Below, piece after piece: positions 39,539 through 49,348 of a stretch of 64,000 nt of DNA. The notes beneath the pieces were generated by a model. That model was not told where the DNA came from. It searched no databases and saw nothing but the letters and a program-made list of their open reading frames with translations. The position numbers were made by a program, and so were the translations under genes. The stretch lies in the IMG/VR virus record IMGVR_UViG_3300008107_000002, one strand, 5' to 3'. Numbering within the stretch: position 1 is the stretch's first letter; each line of letters opens with the position of its first letter. This DNA comes from a virus. Its lineage: Duplodnaviria; Heunggongvirae; Uroviricota; Caudoviricetes.

Positions 39539-39544
39539 TAAATA
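39539..39544 (+). promoter_or_regulatory. Late promoter core TAAATA
   Basis: GATAAATATCACT-ATG. Confidence 0.6.
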
Positions 39545-39549
39545 TCACT

Positions 39550-40206
39550 ATGGAAAATAATAAAAATTCAGAAAATCAAGTTAAAACTGAACCGCAAACG
39601 CCGCCTAACGAGCAAGGCAATGTAAGATTACAGGGCCATATAAAGATCTTTAATCCAGAAACTAAAGAAGTTTTTGTAGATAAACGTAATGCTATTCATT
39701 ATGAAAATTTTAGTATTGCTTTAGCTAGTGGAGTTAGTAATCAAGAATCTGGTGTTATTGCAGAAATGGCTTTTGGAAACGGTGGTAGTAGGATTGACCC
39801 TACAGGAATTATCACCTATCTTACTCCGAACGTAACAGGTAGTGCCGCGGCATTATACAACCAAACTTATTACAAAATTGTTGATGCAAGAAATTTTAAT
39901 TCAAGCGATCCTAGTAGAAATTTTATGGAAGTTCGACACGTTGCTGGCACAAATTATAGTGATGTTCTAGTAAGTTGTTTACTAGATTTCGGAGAACCTA
40001 GCGATCAATCTGCATTTGATAACGCCACTAATCAAGATGGTGCATATGTCTTCGACGAGTTAGGACTTAAAAGTTATAATTCAAACGGACCAAATACAGG
40101 TTTATTATTAACCCATGTTATTTTTCACCCGGTTCAAAAATCCCTTAATAGATTAATTCAGATAGACTACACTATTAGGGTGCAAAGTTTATCTAGCGGA
40201 GCATAA
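39550..40206 (+). CDS. Virion structural protein (baseplate/fibre module)
   Basis: GHIKIF...RNAIH...FGNGG and FDELGL...LLTHVIFHPVQKS pattern; late promoter upstream. Confidence 0.65.
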   Translation: MENNKNSENQVKTEPQTPPNEQGNVRLQGHIKIFNPETKEVFVDKRNAIHYENFSIALASGVSNQESGVIAEMAFGNGGSRIDPTGIITYLTPNVTGSAAALYNQTYYKIVDARNFNSSDPSRNFMEVRHVAGTNYSDVLVSCLLDFGEPSDQSAFDNATNQDGAYVFDELGLKSYNSNGPNTGLLLTHVIFHPVQKSLNRLIQIDYTIRVQSLSSGA

Positions 40207-40208
40207 TA

Positions 40209-41681
40209 GTGTCGTATTCAGTACCATATACTAACTCTACAAAAGATCCTATCATAGTAGCTGATAGCACTATTAATCACGATACCAGTATCAATTTAGT
40301 AGGAAAAAATGCATCTGGTTACGGACAATCAGTTGCTGAAAATTTCTTACATATTTTAGAAAGTTTTGCAAATGTAACTCCTCCCCTGGCACCAGTTGAA
40401 GGTCAATTATGGTACGATACTGGCCTTCCGACTAATAAAATTTTAAAAGTGTACGACGGCGCAAATTGGTTTCCTGCCAACGGCGTACATCAAACAAGCG
40501 AAGAACCTCAATTCAAAAAAACAGGCGATGTATGGGTAGCTACTTCTACTGGCCAAGTTAAAATTTGGAATGGCACAACATGGATTTTGATTGGTCCGAC
40601 TACTACAAGTGGTTTAAAGAATGGCATATATGTAGAACAAATTTTAGATAATCTAGGACAGAATGCTGTTTATCATACAGTTGTTATTAGTTACGTAAAT
40701 GATAATGCTATAACTATAGTGTCACAGGATCAATTTACTCCTAACCCTTCTATTTTAGGATTTTCTACTTTATATCCAGGTCTTAATGTAAGCACACGAA
40801 CATTCGGTACAGTTCAAGCAAAGTTAATAGGATTATCTAATTCTGCACTTAATCTTCAAGTTTCTGAAACAGTTGAACCAATACCTGCTGATAACTTTTT
40901 AAGAAATGATGTTGCCGGCCAATCGTCGAGAACAATTCAGGGTTTTATTAATATTTCAAGTAATGCAGGATTAAGAATAGGTGCAGTGACTCAGACAGTA
41001 TTACTAGAAAGACAAGGAAATGATGCAGTCCTTTCAAATAGGACTAGTGGTGCAAAGATACATTTGTCTATTGTTAAAAGTGGTTTACTAAAACAAATAG
41101 TTTCAGTTGATGGCAATACACAACGAGTAGGAATTAATAACAATGCTCCTACAAAAACGTTAGATGTCAACGGAGATGCAAGGATAGATGGTAAAACTTC
41201 AATTACATCTGCAGATGTTGAAGCATTATCTGTAACAGGCGGTGTTAAAATTAGTGGAGCACTTACAGTAACAAATGCTGTATTTGTCGGCAATAATTTA
41301 ACAGTAGCCGGAAAAACAACAATAGGCCAAGGCGGGTCAAATGGTATCGGTATTGAACCAATTAGTTCACATAATTGGGACATTGGTTCAGCTAATAAAC
41401 CTTTTAGAACAGTATACGCAGACAATTTTTCAACTACCGCAACATCATTCTCAATGGTCGCAACAGGTATGATTTTACCGTTTGCAGGAACTGCAACACC
41501 TGACGGGTGGTTAGTTTGTGACGGGTCACTTGCTCTTAAATCGTCTTATAAGAATCTATACGATGTTATAGGAGATCAATTTGGAACAGGATCAGCAACT
41601 GAATTTGTATTGCCGGCAATTCCAGTAACGGTAACAGCTAATTTTACCCCTGCTAATATAAATTATTTTATAAAGTTTTAA
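40209..41681 (+). CDS. Tail fibre protein 1 with C-terminal tail-collar domain
   Basis: Shared N-domain (L.GKN..GYG...ENF...GQLWY); collar motif GMILPFAG..PDGWLVCDG. Confidence 0.8.
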   Translation: MSYSVPYTNSTKDPIIVADSTINHDTSINLVGKNASGYGQSVAENFLHILESFANVTPPLAPVEGQLWYDTGLPTNKILKVYDGANWFPANGVHQTSEEPQFKKTGDVWVATSTGQVKIWNGTTWILIGPTTTSGLKNGIYVEQILDNLGQNAVYHTVVISYVNDNAITIVSQDQFTPNPSILGFSTLYPGLNVSTRTFGTVQAKLIGLSNSALNLQVSETVEPIPADNFLRNDVAGQSSRTIQGFINISSNAGLRIGAVTQTVLLERQGNDAVLSNRTSGAKIHLSIVKSGLLKQIVSVDGNTQRVGINNNAPTKTLDVNGDARIDGKTSITSADVEALSVTGGVKISGALTVTNAVFVGNNLTVAGKTTIGQGGSNGIGIEPISSHNWDIGSANKPFRTVYADNFSTTATSFSMVATGMILPFAGTATPDGWLVCDGSLALKSSYKNLYDVIGDQFGTGSATEFVLPAIPVTVTANFTPANINYFIKF

Positions 41682-41685
41682 GATT

Positions 41686-43815
41686 ATGGCATATACTATT
41701 AAAAACGCAGACGGTACAGTACTACTTAATTTAGTAGACGGTACAACCGATATTAAAACTACAAGCCTTACACTTATTGGCAAAAATACAGATGCTTACG
41801 GAACAGCATTAAACACAAATTTAGTTAATATATTACAAAATTTTGCCAGTATATATCAACCTAGGGCTCCTCTTACTGGACAACTATGGTATAGTAAAGC
41901 TGACGGTCGATTAAAAGTATATACGTTAAATGGAATTTTTGAAAATATTTCAACCGCATTTATAAGCCAAGGCCAACCAGGCGGTCTTAAACAGGGCGAT
42001 CTTTGGATCGATAGTGAGACAAGTCAATTATATTTTACTATTGACGGTGCAAACAGCACACTTGCAGGTCCAATATATCCAAAAACTAAAGGGCGGTCTG
42101 GTTTTGTTGTAGAATCTTTTAATGACGTATTTGGTAATACACAAACAGTTACCTCTGTTTACAGTAACGATGTATTATTAGGAATGTTAAGCACGACATC
42201 TTTTTCAATGGTTCCTAGTGTTCTTAATCAAGGAATGAGTGGAATAAGTATTGGTTTAACATTAAACACTAGCATTCCTGATATTCGATTTGCAGGTACA
42301 GCAAGTAATGCAACAGCAATTGCAGGAATATTTCCAGATAATTATTTGTTAAAATCTTCAAATAGTAATCAACAAATAGTAGGCACAGGAAAACTTACAT
42401 TACTTAACGATGTAGGTATTTGGGTTGGAGCATACGAAGATCTTTCCATATCGAGCGGCGGCCCAATTGAAGCCCGTCGCCCTAATATAACAAATCATAT
42501 TGTTGATAGTGCGTTATGCCTTATCACACTGAAATCGAATCCTGGGGGACAAGACTCCGCTGTAACAAGTCTTGCAGCCAAGGGCGATAGAGTAGGTATT
42601 AATACAGAAACTCCAATTACAAATTTACACGTTGAAGGTGATTCTTACTTTAATGGGGACATTACTGTTACAAAGAATTTAACAGTCTCGGGAACATTTA
42701 CAACAAGATTATCAGTTATTACTAGAATTGACGATAAAAATATTGAGCTTGCATATGGAAGTACTTCTGATGCTGATTCAGACGGAGGCGGAATAACCCT
42801 TAAAGCTGGCAATGATAAAACATTCCTCTATAGTAAAATAAAAGAATCTTGGGTATCTAATATTAATATTGAAGTAGGTACCACTAGCAGTTATCGTGGC
42901 GGCGCAGGGGTACTAGTTATTAATTCTAGTACTATTGGATCAACTGTAGTTTCTTCAAATCTACAAAGAGTTGGAGTTTTAACAGAGTTAACTGTATCTA
43001 ATGTTCTTATTAAAGGAAATGGAATCACTGCAAGCGATGCAGTGTTCCGAGTTAGCGATGTGTATGCATCTGCCCTACTGGCATATTCTACAATTACAAT
43101 TGTAACCAATTCAGCAATTCCTATTATTGGTACTGGAACAACAGTTGTTCTTGATGGTATAATTGATGCTGGTTATAATAATACTTATCAGGTTGATAAA
43201 GTTACCAGTAGCACACAATTTACTGTTCGCTCTGTAAGCTCTTTAACTACAATTTCTCCTATTTTAGGAGCTAACCCTATTGTTAAACTTGTAGATTTAA
43301 TGTTGTCAAGTACCAATGGCGGTGTTGATATTACAAATAAAAGAGTTAAAAATGTAGCTTATTCAACTGTTGGTACTGATGCGGCCACGGTTCAATATGT
43401 TCTAGACGCTCAAGCAATCAACGTATTAAAAGGTTATGTAATTACATTAGATGTTACTAAAATGGTTAATCCTAATGTAGAAATTGCCACGCTACTTAAT
43501 TTATTAACACCACCAGTTAATACAATTCCTCCAGATTATCCTACAGAAGCTCAATACGATCTTCCTTTAGGATATAGGGCCCGAGTTTTATGTGCAAACC
43601 ATTCTATTTCAGTTCCTGCAAGGGCAATTACAGTTCAGTCAACGACTACGTTGGTAATGAGTTATCCCGAAGGTGCTGCCGTAAGTGCTGTTACAAACAT
43701 TGGCGCTCAAACTGATGCATTTGCTACTACTGCAACATACCTCTATTCAGTTAAAGAATTCCGAGTGAGTGCAGGACCTCCAAAGTCATGGCAATGGTAT
43801 AGAGATGTTAGTTAA
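41686..43815 (+). CDS. Tail fibre protein 2
   Basis: Same paralogous N-domain; beta-rich S/T-rich body. Confidence 0.75.
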   Translation: MAYTIKNADGTVLLNLVDGTTDIKTTSLTLIGKNTDAYGTALNTNLVNILQNFASIYQPRAPLTGQLWYSKADGRLKVYTLNGIFENISTAFISQGQPGGLKQGDLWIDSETSQLYFTIDGANSTLAGPIYPKTKGRSGFVVESFNDVFGNTQTVTSVYSNDVLLGMLSTTSFSMVPSVLNQGMSGISIGLTLNTSIPDIRFAGTASNATAIAGIFPDNYLLKSSNSNQQIVGTGKLTLLNDVGIWVGAYEDLSISSGGPIEARRPNITNHIVDSALCLITLKSNPGGQDSAVTSLAAKGDRVGINTETPITNLHVEGDSYFNGDITVTKNLTVSGTFTTRLSVITRIDDKNIELAYGSTSDADSDGGGITLKAGNDKTFLYSKIKESWVSNINIEVGTTSSYRGGAGVLVINSSTIGSTVVSSNLQRVGVLTELTVSNVLIKGNGITASDAVFRVSDVYASALLAYSTITIVTNSAIPIIGTGTTVVLDGIIDAGYNNTYQVDKVTSSTQFTVRSVSSLTTISPILGANPIVKLVDLMLSSTNGGVDITNKRVKNVAYSTVGTDAATVQYVLDAQAINVLKGYVITLDVTKMVNPNVEIATLLNLLTPPVNTIPPDYPTEAQYDLPLGYRARVLCANHSISVPARAITVQSTTTLVMSYPEGAAVSAVTNIGAQTDAFATTATYLYSVKEFRVSAGPPKSWQWYRDVS

Positions 43816-43825
43816 GGAACAGTAA

Positions 43826-44731
43826 ATGTCATATCAAATAAGAAAATCAGACGGAACATTGCTTATAGATTTACAAGTTGGCGAAACAGACAACACTAGA
43901 TCTCCGCTTACACTAATAGGTAAAAATGTCTCAAACTTTGGACAATCGATTAATCAAAATCAAGTAAGACTATTAGAAAATTTTGCGGCAGGATTTGAAC
44001 CACCTAATTCCATTAAAGGACAATTATGGTTCAATACAACTAACAATCAACTTTTTGTAAAGACGGCTACTGGTTTTACTTCTGTTGGTCCGTTTTCTGC
44101 AACAAGTACTCCTGTATTGTCGGACAGATCTACTGCACCTGCTACAACAGAATTTGTTCATTCTATTCTCCCAGCCGGCGCTATTATAATGTGGTATGGT
44201 ACTGTTAATAATATTCCTGCGGGATGGGCATTGTGTGACGGAAGGGCTCAGGGAGCATACATTACTCCTGACCTTCGAGATAAGTTTGTCATGGGGGCAG
44301 GATCAACTCATGCACCTAGAACAACTGGGGGTAAATCTTCTATTAACACAGTAGTATCGCATAGTCATACATTTGATACTATTACAGATAATAATAATAG
44401 AAGCCACTCACACGGTGGAGTTACTGCTGGAAGTGGCACACACCAACATGCTTATCCAGGTGATGATCAATTATCATTTGCTAACGGTCGTGCTGGTTGG
44501 ACTGCAAGCTCACTGGGCGGATTTGGATATGATGCTAGATCAGTAGGTGGCGGTGGTGGCCAATTATGGCAGACTACTTCTAATGGTAATCATACACATA
44601 CCTTTACTACAGGTGATGAATCGCAAACACATACGCATTCATTGACTGGTGGTACAAATACTGTAGGTTCTGCTACAGTCGATATACTTAATCCTTTTTA
44701 TGCATTATGCTATATTATGAAAGTTGTTTAA
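43826..44731 (+). CDS. Short tail fibre protein 3 with collar and HxH motifs
   Basis: Paralogous N-domain; GAIIMWYG..PAGWALCDG collar; HSH/HSH/HQH/HTH/HTH motifs. Confidence 0.8.
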   Translation: MSYQIRKSDGTLLIDLQVGETDNTRSPLTLIGKNVSNFGQSINQNQVRLLENFAAGFEPPNSIKGQLWFNTTNNQLFVKTATGFTSVGPFSATSTPVLSDRSTAPATTEFVHSILPAGAIIMWYGTVNNIPAGWALCDGRAQGAYITPDLRDKFVMGAGSTHAPRTTGGKSSINTVVSHSHTFDTITDNNNRSHSHGGVTAGSGTHQHAYPGDDQLSFANGRAGWTASSLGGFGYDARSVGGGGGQLWQTTSNGNHTHTFTTGDESQTHTHSLTGGTNTVGSATVDILNPFYALCYIMKVV

Positions 44732-44746
44732 TTTTTGGAGTTATAG

Positions 44747-45973
44747 ATGGCCTACACGTTATATAAGACAAATGGAGTTAAGTTAACCACAGTTGAAGAT
44801 GGTTCACTTAACCTTACTACGGATTTGCAATTAGTAGGCAAAAACTATGCAGGTTATGGTCAGGTAGTTAACGAAAATCTTGTTAAACTATTAGAAAATT
44901 TTTCAAATTCTGCGGCACCTACAAAACCTCTTGCAGGACAAATTTGGTACGACTCTCTTAATAAGAAGATTCGTTACTATACCGGCGTTCAATGGAACCA
45001 ACTTCCTGCAATTACTATTTCAACAACTGCACCATCTACATTAACCAACGGTGAATTTTGGTTTAATAGTAGTACAAAAAAGTTATGGTTAAAACATGAA
45101 GACTCGTTAGTAGCTATAAGTGGAACAACATCGGTAGGTTCTAGCGCAGGTTCTTCTATTACTGCTGGTACTGGTATTGGTACAAGTCAAATATTATCTT
45201 CTATTAATGTCGTTTATGATGTAATTAAACTTGCTGTTGGCGACATAGTTCCTGTAATTGTTTCCCCTTACTCGTTTAAGGTAAACACCACTGATCCAAT
45301 TGTATCACAATTTTCAACAGTTACTAATGGAATTACTTTATTAGGATCTGATCCTTCTACTGGAATATCTAGTAACAATAACACATATTTTTGGGGAACA
45401 GCAGCCGATTCAGTAAGACTTAATGGTGCTCTTGCTTCCGATTATGTAAAAACTAGTGAAATTAGTATTGTTGCTAATAACATAACTAGATTAGATAGTA
45501 TCACGTATATAAGTGCTGGAACTCCGTCAACATCGGGGTACATTGACGGCGCATGGCAATTAACCGCAGGATCTACAATGCAGGCAACCTATGCTGACAT
45601 TGCTGAAAGATACGAAGCCGATGATGAGTATAAACCTGGTACTGTATTAATGTTAGGTGGCACTAAAGAAGTTACTATTTCTAATGTATATGCTACAACG
45701 GCAGTTGCGGGAATTGTGTCTACAACTCCTGCATATATGTTAAATTCTGCTGCCGGAAATGACAAAACTCACCCTTATATTGCCTTAAAAGGTCGTGTTC
45801 CTTGCAAAATTTATGGCCCTGTTAAAAAGGGTGATCTGATGGTAACAAGTGTACATCCAGGCTATGCTTGTGCTGTTGATTTAACCTATTCAGTGCATCC
45901 CGGTGCTATAATAGGAAAAGCCCTCGAAGATTTCTCTTCCGAGGGCTTTGGAGTAATTGAAGTTAAAATTTAA
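44747..45973 (+). CDS. Tail fibre protein 4 with C-terminal intramolecular-chaperone-like domain
   Basis: Paralogous N-domain; ADIAERY...ALKGRVPCK...GDLMVTS...IIGKALE resembles a peptidase G2 autocleavage domain. Confidence 0.75.
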   Translation: MAYTLYKTNGVKLTTVEDGSLNLTTDLQLVGKNYAGYGQVVNENLVKLLENFSNSAAPTKPLAGQIWYDSLNKKIRYYTGVQWNQLPAITISTTAPSTLTNGEFWFNSSTKKLWLKHEDSLVAISGTTSVGSSAGSSITAGTGIGTSQILSSINVVYDVIKLAVGDIVPVIVSPYSFKVNTTDPIVSQFSTVTNGITLLGSDPSTGISSNNNTYFWGTAADSVRLNGALASDYVKTSEISIVANNITRLDSITYISAGTPSTSGYIDGAWQLTAGSTMQATYADIAERYEADDEYKPGTVLMLGGTKEVTISNVYATTAVAGIVSTTPAYMLNSAAGNDKTHPYIALKGRVPCKIYGPVKKGDLMVTSVHPGYACAVDLTYSVHPGAIIGKALEDFSSEGFGVIEVKI

Positions 45974-46854
45974 ACAGCCATTGGTGCTGAAATGGCATCA
46001 TGGCTTTCATACCCTACTAGTTCAATATCGTCCATAGCAAAGTGAGTAATCACATTTATATCTGCGTTAAGCTGTAATGTAGGTAACTTTTTTGGAGTTC
46101 GAGATAACTGCTCCTTAACTTGTTCAACATGATTTTTATAAATGTGTGCATCACCTAATGCAATTATCAAGTCTCCGACTTCTAAATTACATACCTGTGC
46201 TAACATGTGAGTGAACAATGCATAAGATGCAATATTAAACGGCACTCCCAAAAACATATCTGCACTACGCTGATACATTTGACAACTCAATTTACCGTTA
46301 CTAACATAGAATTGTGCCATTACATGACAAGGCGGCAATGCCATTAATTCTATTTCTCCCGGATTCCATGCTGTAATAATATGACGTCGACTGTAAGGAT
46401 CATCCTTTAATCCAGCAATTAATTCAAGCAATTGGTCATGGTTTTGTAAAGCAACTTTGTTAATACGTATTAAAGGTTTACGCCATCTGCGCCATTGTAC
46501 TCCGTATATTCTTCCAAGGTCTCCTGCGCTTCTTTTTAATTTTTTATCAACCCAATATGAAGCGTTTGCGTTATCAGACCAAATTGTTTTTTTGTCTGTA
46601 TAACGTTCACCATGAAGTATTTCTTTTAAACGATTCTCGTCGCCGCTGCCTTCAATGAACCAAAGTAGTTCGCTGACGCACGCCTTCCATGCTAGTTTTT
46701 TTGTTGTAATGGCAGGAAAGCCTTCGTTTAAATCAAAGCGCAGTTGGATACCAAATTTACTAATCACACCTGTGTTAGTCCTATCTGGTCGATCTTCTCC
46801 GTTCTCTAAAATATCTTTTAGAGCGTCTAAATAGACTTGTTCAGAATTTGACAT
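45970..46854 (-). CDS. thyA: Thymidylate synthase
   Basis: DRTNTG, LGRIYGVQWR, LPPCH and YQRSADMFLGVPFNIASY motifs. Confidence 0.97.
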   Translation of the reverse strand: MSNSEQVYLDALKDILENGEDRPDRTNTGVISKFGIQLRFDLNEGFPAITTKKLAWKACVSELLWFIEGSGDENRLKEILHGERYTDKKTIWSDNANASYWVDKKLKRSAGDLGRIYGVQWRRWRKPLIRINKVALQNHDQLLELIAGLKDDPYSRRHIITAWNPGEIELMALPPCHVMAQFYVSNGKLSCQMYQRSADMFLGVPFNIASYALFTHMLAQVCNLEVGDLIIALGDAHIYKNHVEQVKEQLSRTPKKLPTLQLNADINVITHFAMDDIELVGYESHDAISAPMAV

Positions 46855-47462
46855 TATTCTGCAATAATTTTTTCTGATTTAGATTTCTTTTTAGGAGGAT
46901 CTAACTCGTCTGCTTTTTTACGAAGAACCTGAGCCTGTTTAAATAATGCATCTGCACGTGAACGCATCTCCGAAGGAGTTAGATCAAAATCACCGGTTGT
47001 TGATTGAGTAACATTTGCACTCTCTGGATTGACATAGTCATCGATAATTTTTGAAGTTTTCTTTGCTGGAGGTGTCTGACTTCCATCCGATACAGCCAAT
47101 TGGTCAATTGTAATTCCCTTTTGTTCTGCAATAATTTTGTTAAGCTCGTCAAGACCAATAACAGTTTGAGAATCGGGAGTCATATTAACTAGACTGGTTT
47201 TTACCTTAATAAGGTGACCACCATTATGTAGGTAACCTAGCATATTGCTGCCATCTGGAAATTTACGAGACGAAAGAATATCTGCAAGTTCATTGGCTTG
47301 TTGGCCGTTATCACTTTCAATGAGATTCATTAGAGTGTCATGATAACTGTCTCCAAGACCTTGTGTTCCAATAACTAAACAGTTATGGGGATCCCCCGGC
47401 AATGTTCGGTAAGCTACTGCTACTCTTGCCGAGTTATTTTTCATTTTTCCTACATGTTTCAT
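46854..47462 (-). CDS. Hypothetical protein
   Basis: 202-aa ORF, SD present, translationally coupled to thyA. Confidence 0.75.
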   Translation of the reverse strand: MKHVGKMKNNSARVAVAYRTLPGDPHNCLVIGTQGLGDSYHDTLMNLIESDNGQQANELADILSSRKFPDGSNMLGYLHNGGHLIKVKTSLVNMTPDSQTVIGLDELNKIIAEQKGITIDQLAVSDGSQTPPAKKTSKIIDDYVNPESANVTQSTTGDFDLTPSEMRSRADALFKQAQVLRKKADELDPPKKKSKSEKIIAE

Positions 47463-47474
47463 GTTTTTCTCCTT

Positions 47475-47702
47475 TTAAACAGCTGGTGGTTGTTCTGGTT
47501 GCTGTTCTGGTTGTGCAGGTGCAATTGAATTTAAAAATGCATCTAATTTATTATAAACAGCACCAACTCCGGCCATTTCTGAAGCTTGGAATGCTCCCCT
47601 ACGACTTGCGGCATCAATAATAGATCTAATATTTTGTAGGTCAGTTACTGTAAGTTCAGCAGGTGCAACGGGTGCAGTGGGTTGGGTTTCTTGATTTTCC
47701 AT
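47475..47702 (-). CDS. Hypothetical protein
   Basis: 75-aa ORF with AGGAG SD. Confidence 0.7.
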   Translation of the reverse strand: MENQETQPTAPVAPAELTVTDLQNIRSIIDAASRRGAFQASEMAGVGAVYNKLDAFLNSIAPAQPEQQPEQPPAV

Positions 47703-47711
47703 TTAAGTCTC

Positions 47712-47996
47712 CTATGTATTTTTTAGTAAGTATGGACAGGATAATGATAGCATTGTAATTTCTTTTGGATCTTCAATTCCAATCTCACAAATTTCTATAA
47801 GTTTGTTACTGTCGTCCAATTTATGATTTTTCTTTATACAATATCTACTGTTTAAATTTGTATAAATCCAATCTTCAATGTTATTCATTTCCTTTGTATT
47901 ACTTGTAAATGTCTTCGCAAAATGTACAGGTATAAAATTTAATTTTCTTACACCTAGTACATTGAGCGGATTAACTGTACCTCTACTCAAGGCCAT
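47712..47996 (-). CDS. Hypothetical protein
   Basis: 94-aa ORF behind a perfect late promoter. Confidence 0.7.
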   Translation of the reverse strand: MALSRGTVNPLNVLGVRKLNFIPVHFAKTFTSNTKEMNNIEDWIYTNLNSRYCIKKNHKLDDSNKLIEICEIGIEDPKEITMLSLSCPYLLKNT

Positions 47997-48008
47997 AATA
48001 TACCTACT

Positions 48009-49265
48009 TTATTTATAATGTGCGGTCTGGCCGAATGGTGCAATTATGGCGTCATTTCCGTGGACAATAAACAGGGTATCGCAGTAATCTTCGTCACCCC
48101 AACTACCACAAGGATACCCGTCGGTGAACATAATAAAGCGTTTTGGTTCAATATTTTGCTCTTTCATAAAATCCCAATTAGCTTCAAATGCGGTACCTCC
48201 GCCACCTTTGCATTTATATTCCATAATTTCGTCAGCAGTGTCGCCTGTAAATTGTTTATATCCGTATACTTCTGTGTCAAAGCACCACAAGTCCAATTTA
48301 AAGTCGACATATTCGTCCATGATGCCCTTAACTTCACTTAAAAAGTCTTTAGCCTGTTCGTTTGAAATACTGCCCGACATATCAATTGCAACTGAAACAT
48401 CGATAGTTTCTTCATTCATCATGCCAGGCAAGATAGCACCGCAGTGTTGGCTTTTACGATTAGGACGACTAAAGCTAAAGTTACTCTTGAGAATACTTTG
48501 GATATTCATACGTAACATTTCGCGCCAGTCCATTTTAGGTTCAGTAAAATCAGAGATCATACGAGCCACTCCGGCAGGTACTCGTCCTGCGCCAGCGGCA
48601 TGTGCAGCCGCAACCATTGCCTCTTTAATCTCGTCTCTAATTTTTTTCTTTTCTTCGGCAGTTAGACGCGGCGGCCCTTTGCCTTCTTTATCCCCATCCC
48701 CATCGTCGTCACCTTCACCTTCGCCCTCGCCATCTAGGTGCTCGTCAAGTAATTCTCCTAACGTTGAGATATCAATTTTTTCAGCTTTATCGTACAAGTC
48801 CTGATAGATTTGTTCGTAACTCATACCACGGTATTTGTTATCCTGAAAGATCTTAATCCAACTTGGTACGTCACCAATTTTCTCATCTTTAAGAATTTGA
48901 TTGGTAGCAAAGTCGGCGGCAATATTAGACAATGAGGGATCTCGGTCTTCTCGACGACCCATATGATCAAACACATTATGCAGAACTTCGTGTGCAAATC
49001 CAAATTCTGCTTCTTTAGGTTTGAGTTTGTCAACAAACTCGTTATTGTAGTAGAAGTTCCTACCGTCAGTGGCCAGTGTAGCACACCAGTCATCTGCTTC
49101 GACCATTTTAAGACGTGTTGCTAGATTACCAAAAAATGGATGGCGCAACAACAAACCGACTCTAGCTGTAATTAGTTTATCAAGAATTTTATTTTTATCA
49201 GCCGCCGAGTATTGTTTTGTATTTTTTGGTTTACGAATTTTTTCTGTTTTCATTACCGAAGTCAT
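48009..49265 (-). CDS. VWA-domain protein with N-terminal HExxH metallopeptidase-like domain
   Basis: AHEVLH, MIDAS DMSGS, GGGTAF and FTDG motifs. Confidence 0.88.
   Translation of the reverse strand: MTSVMKTEKIRKPKNTKQYSAADKNKILDKLITARVGLLLRHPFFGNLATRLKMVEADDWCATLATDGRNFYYNNEFVDKLKPKEAEFGFAHEVLHNVFDHMGRREDRDPSLSNIAADFATNQILKDEKIGDVPSWIKIFQDNKYRGMSYEQIYQDLYDKAEKIDISTLGELLDEHLDGEGEGEGDDDGDGDKEGKGPPRLTAEEKKKIRDEIKEAMVAAAHAAGAGRVPAGVARMISDFTEPKMDWREMLRMNIQSILKSNFSFSRPNRKSQHCGAILPGMMNEETIDVSVAIDMSGSISNEQAKDFLSEVKGIMDEYVDFKLDLWCFDTEVYGYKQFTGDTADEIMEYKCKGGGGTAFEANWDFMKEQNIEPKRFIMFTDGYPCGSWGDEDYCDTLFIVHGNDAIIAPFGQTAHYK
48010..48017 (-). promoter_or_regulatory. T4 late promoter TATAAATA (perfect), overlapping the VWA stop codon
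   Basis: Plus-strand tatttata. Confidence 0.7.
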
Positions 49266-49292
49266 AATGCGTCCTTTTGTTACCTATATATT

Positions 49293-49321
49293 ATTATATA
49301 ACCAAATACGTAAATAGTCAA
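49293..49321 (-). promoter_or_regulatory. Sigma70-type promoter TTGACT-17-TATAAT
   Basis: Near-perfect consensus upstream of the VWA gene. Confidence 0.85.
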
Positions 49322-49323
49322 GC

Positions 49324-49344
49324 AAAAAGGGCCCCGAAGGGCCC
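49324..49344 (-). terminator. Intrinsic terminator GGGCCC-UUCG-GGGCCC-UUUUU
   Basis: 6-bp GC stem, UUCG loop and U5 tract, right after the AAA stop. Confidence 0.9.
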
Positions 49345-49348
49345 AATT

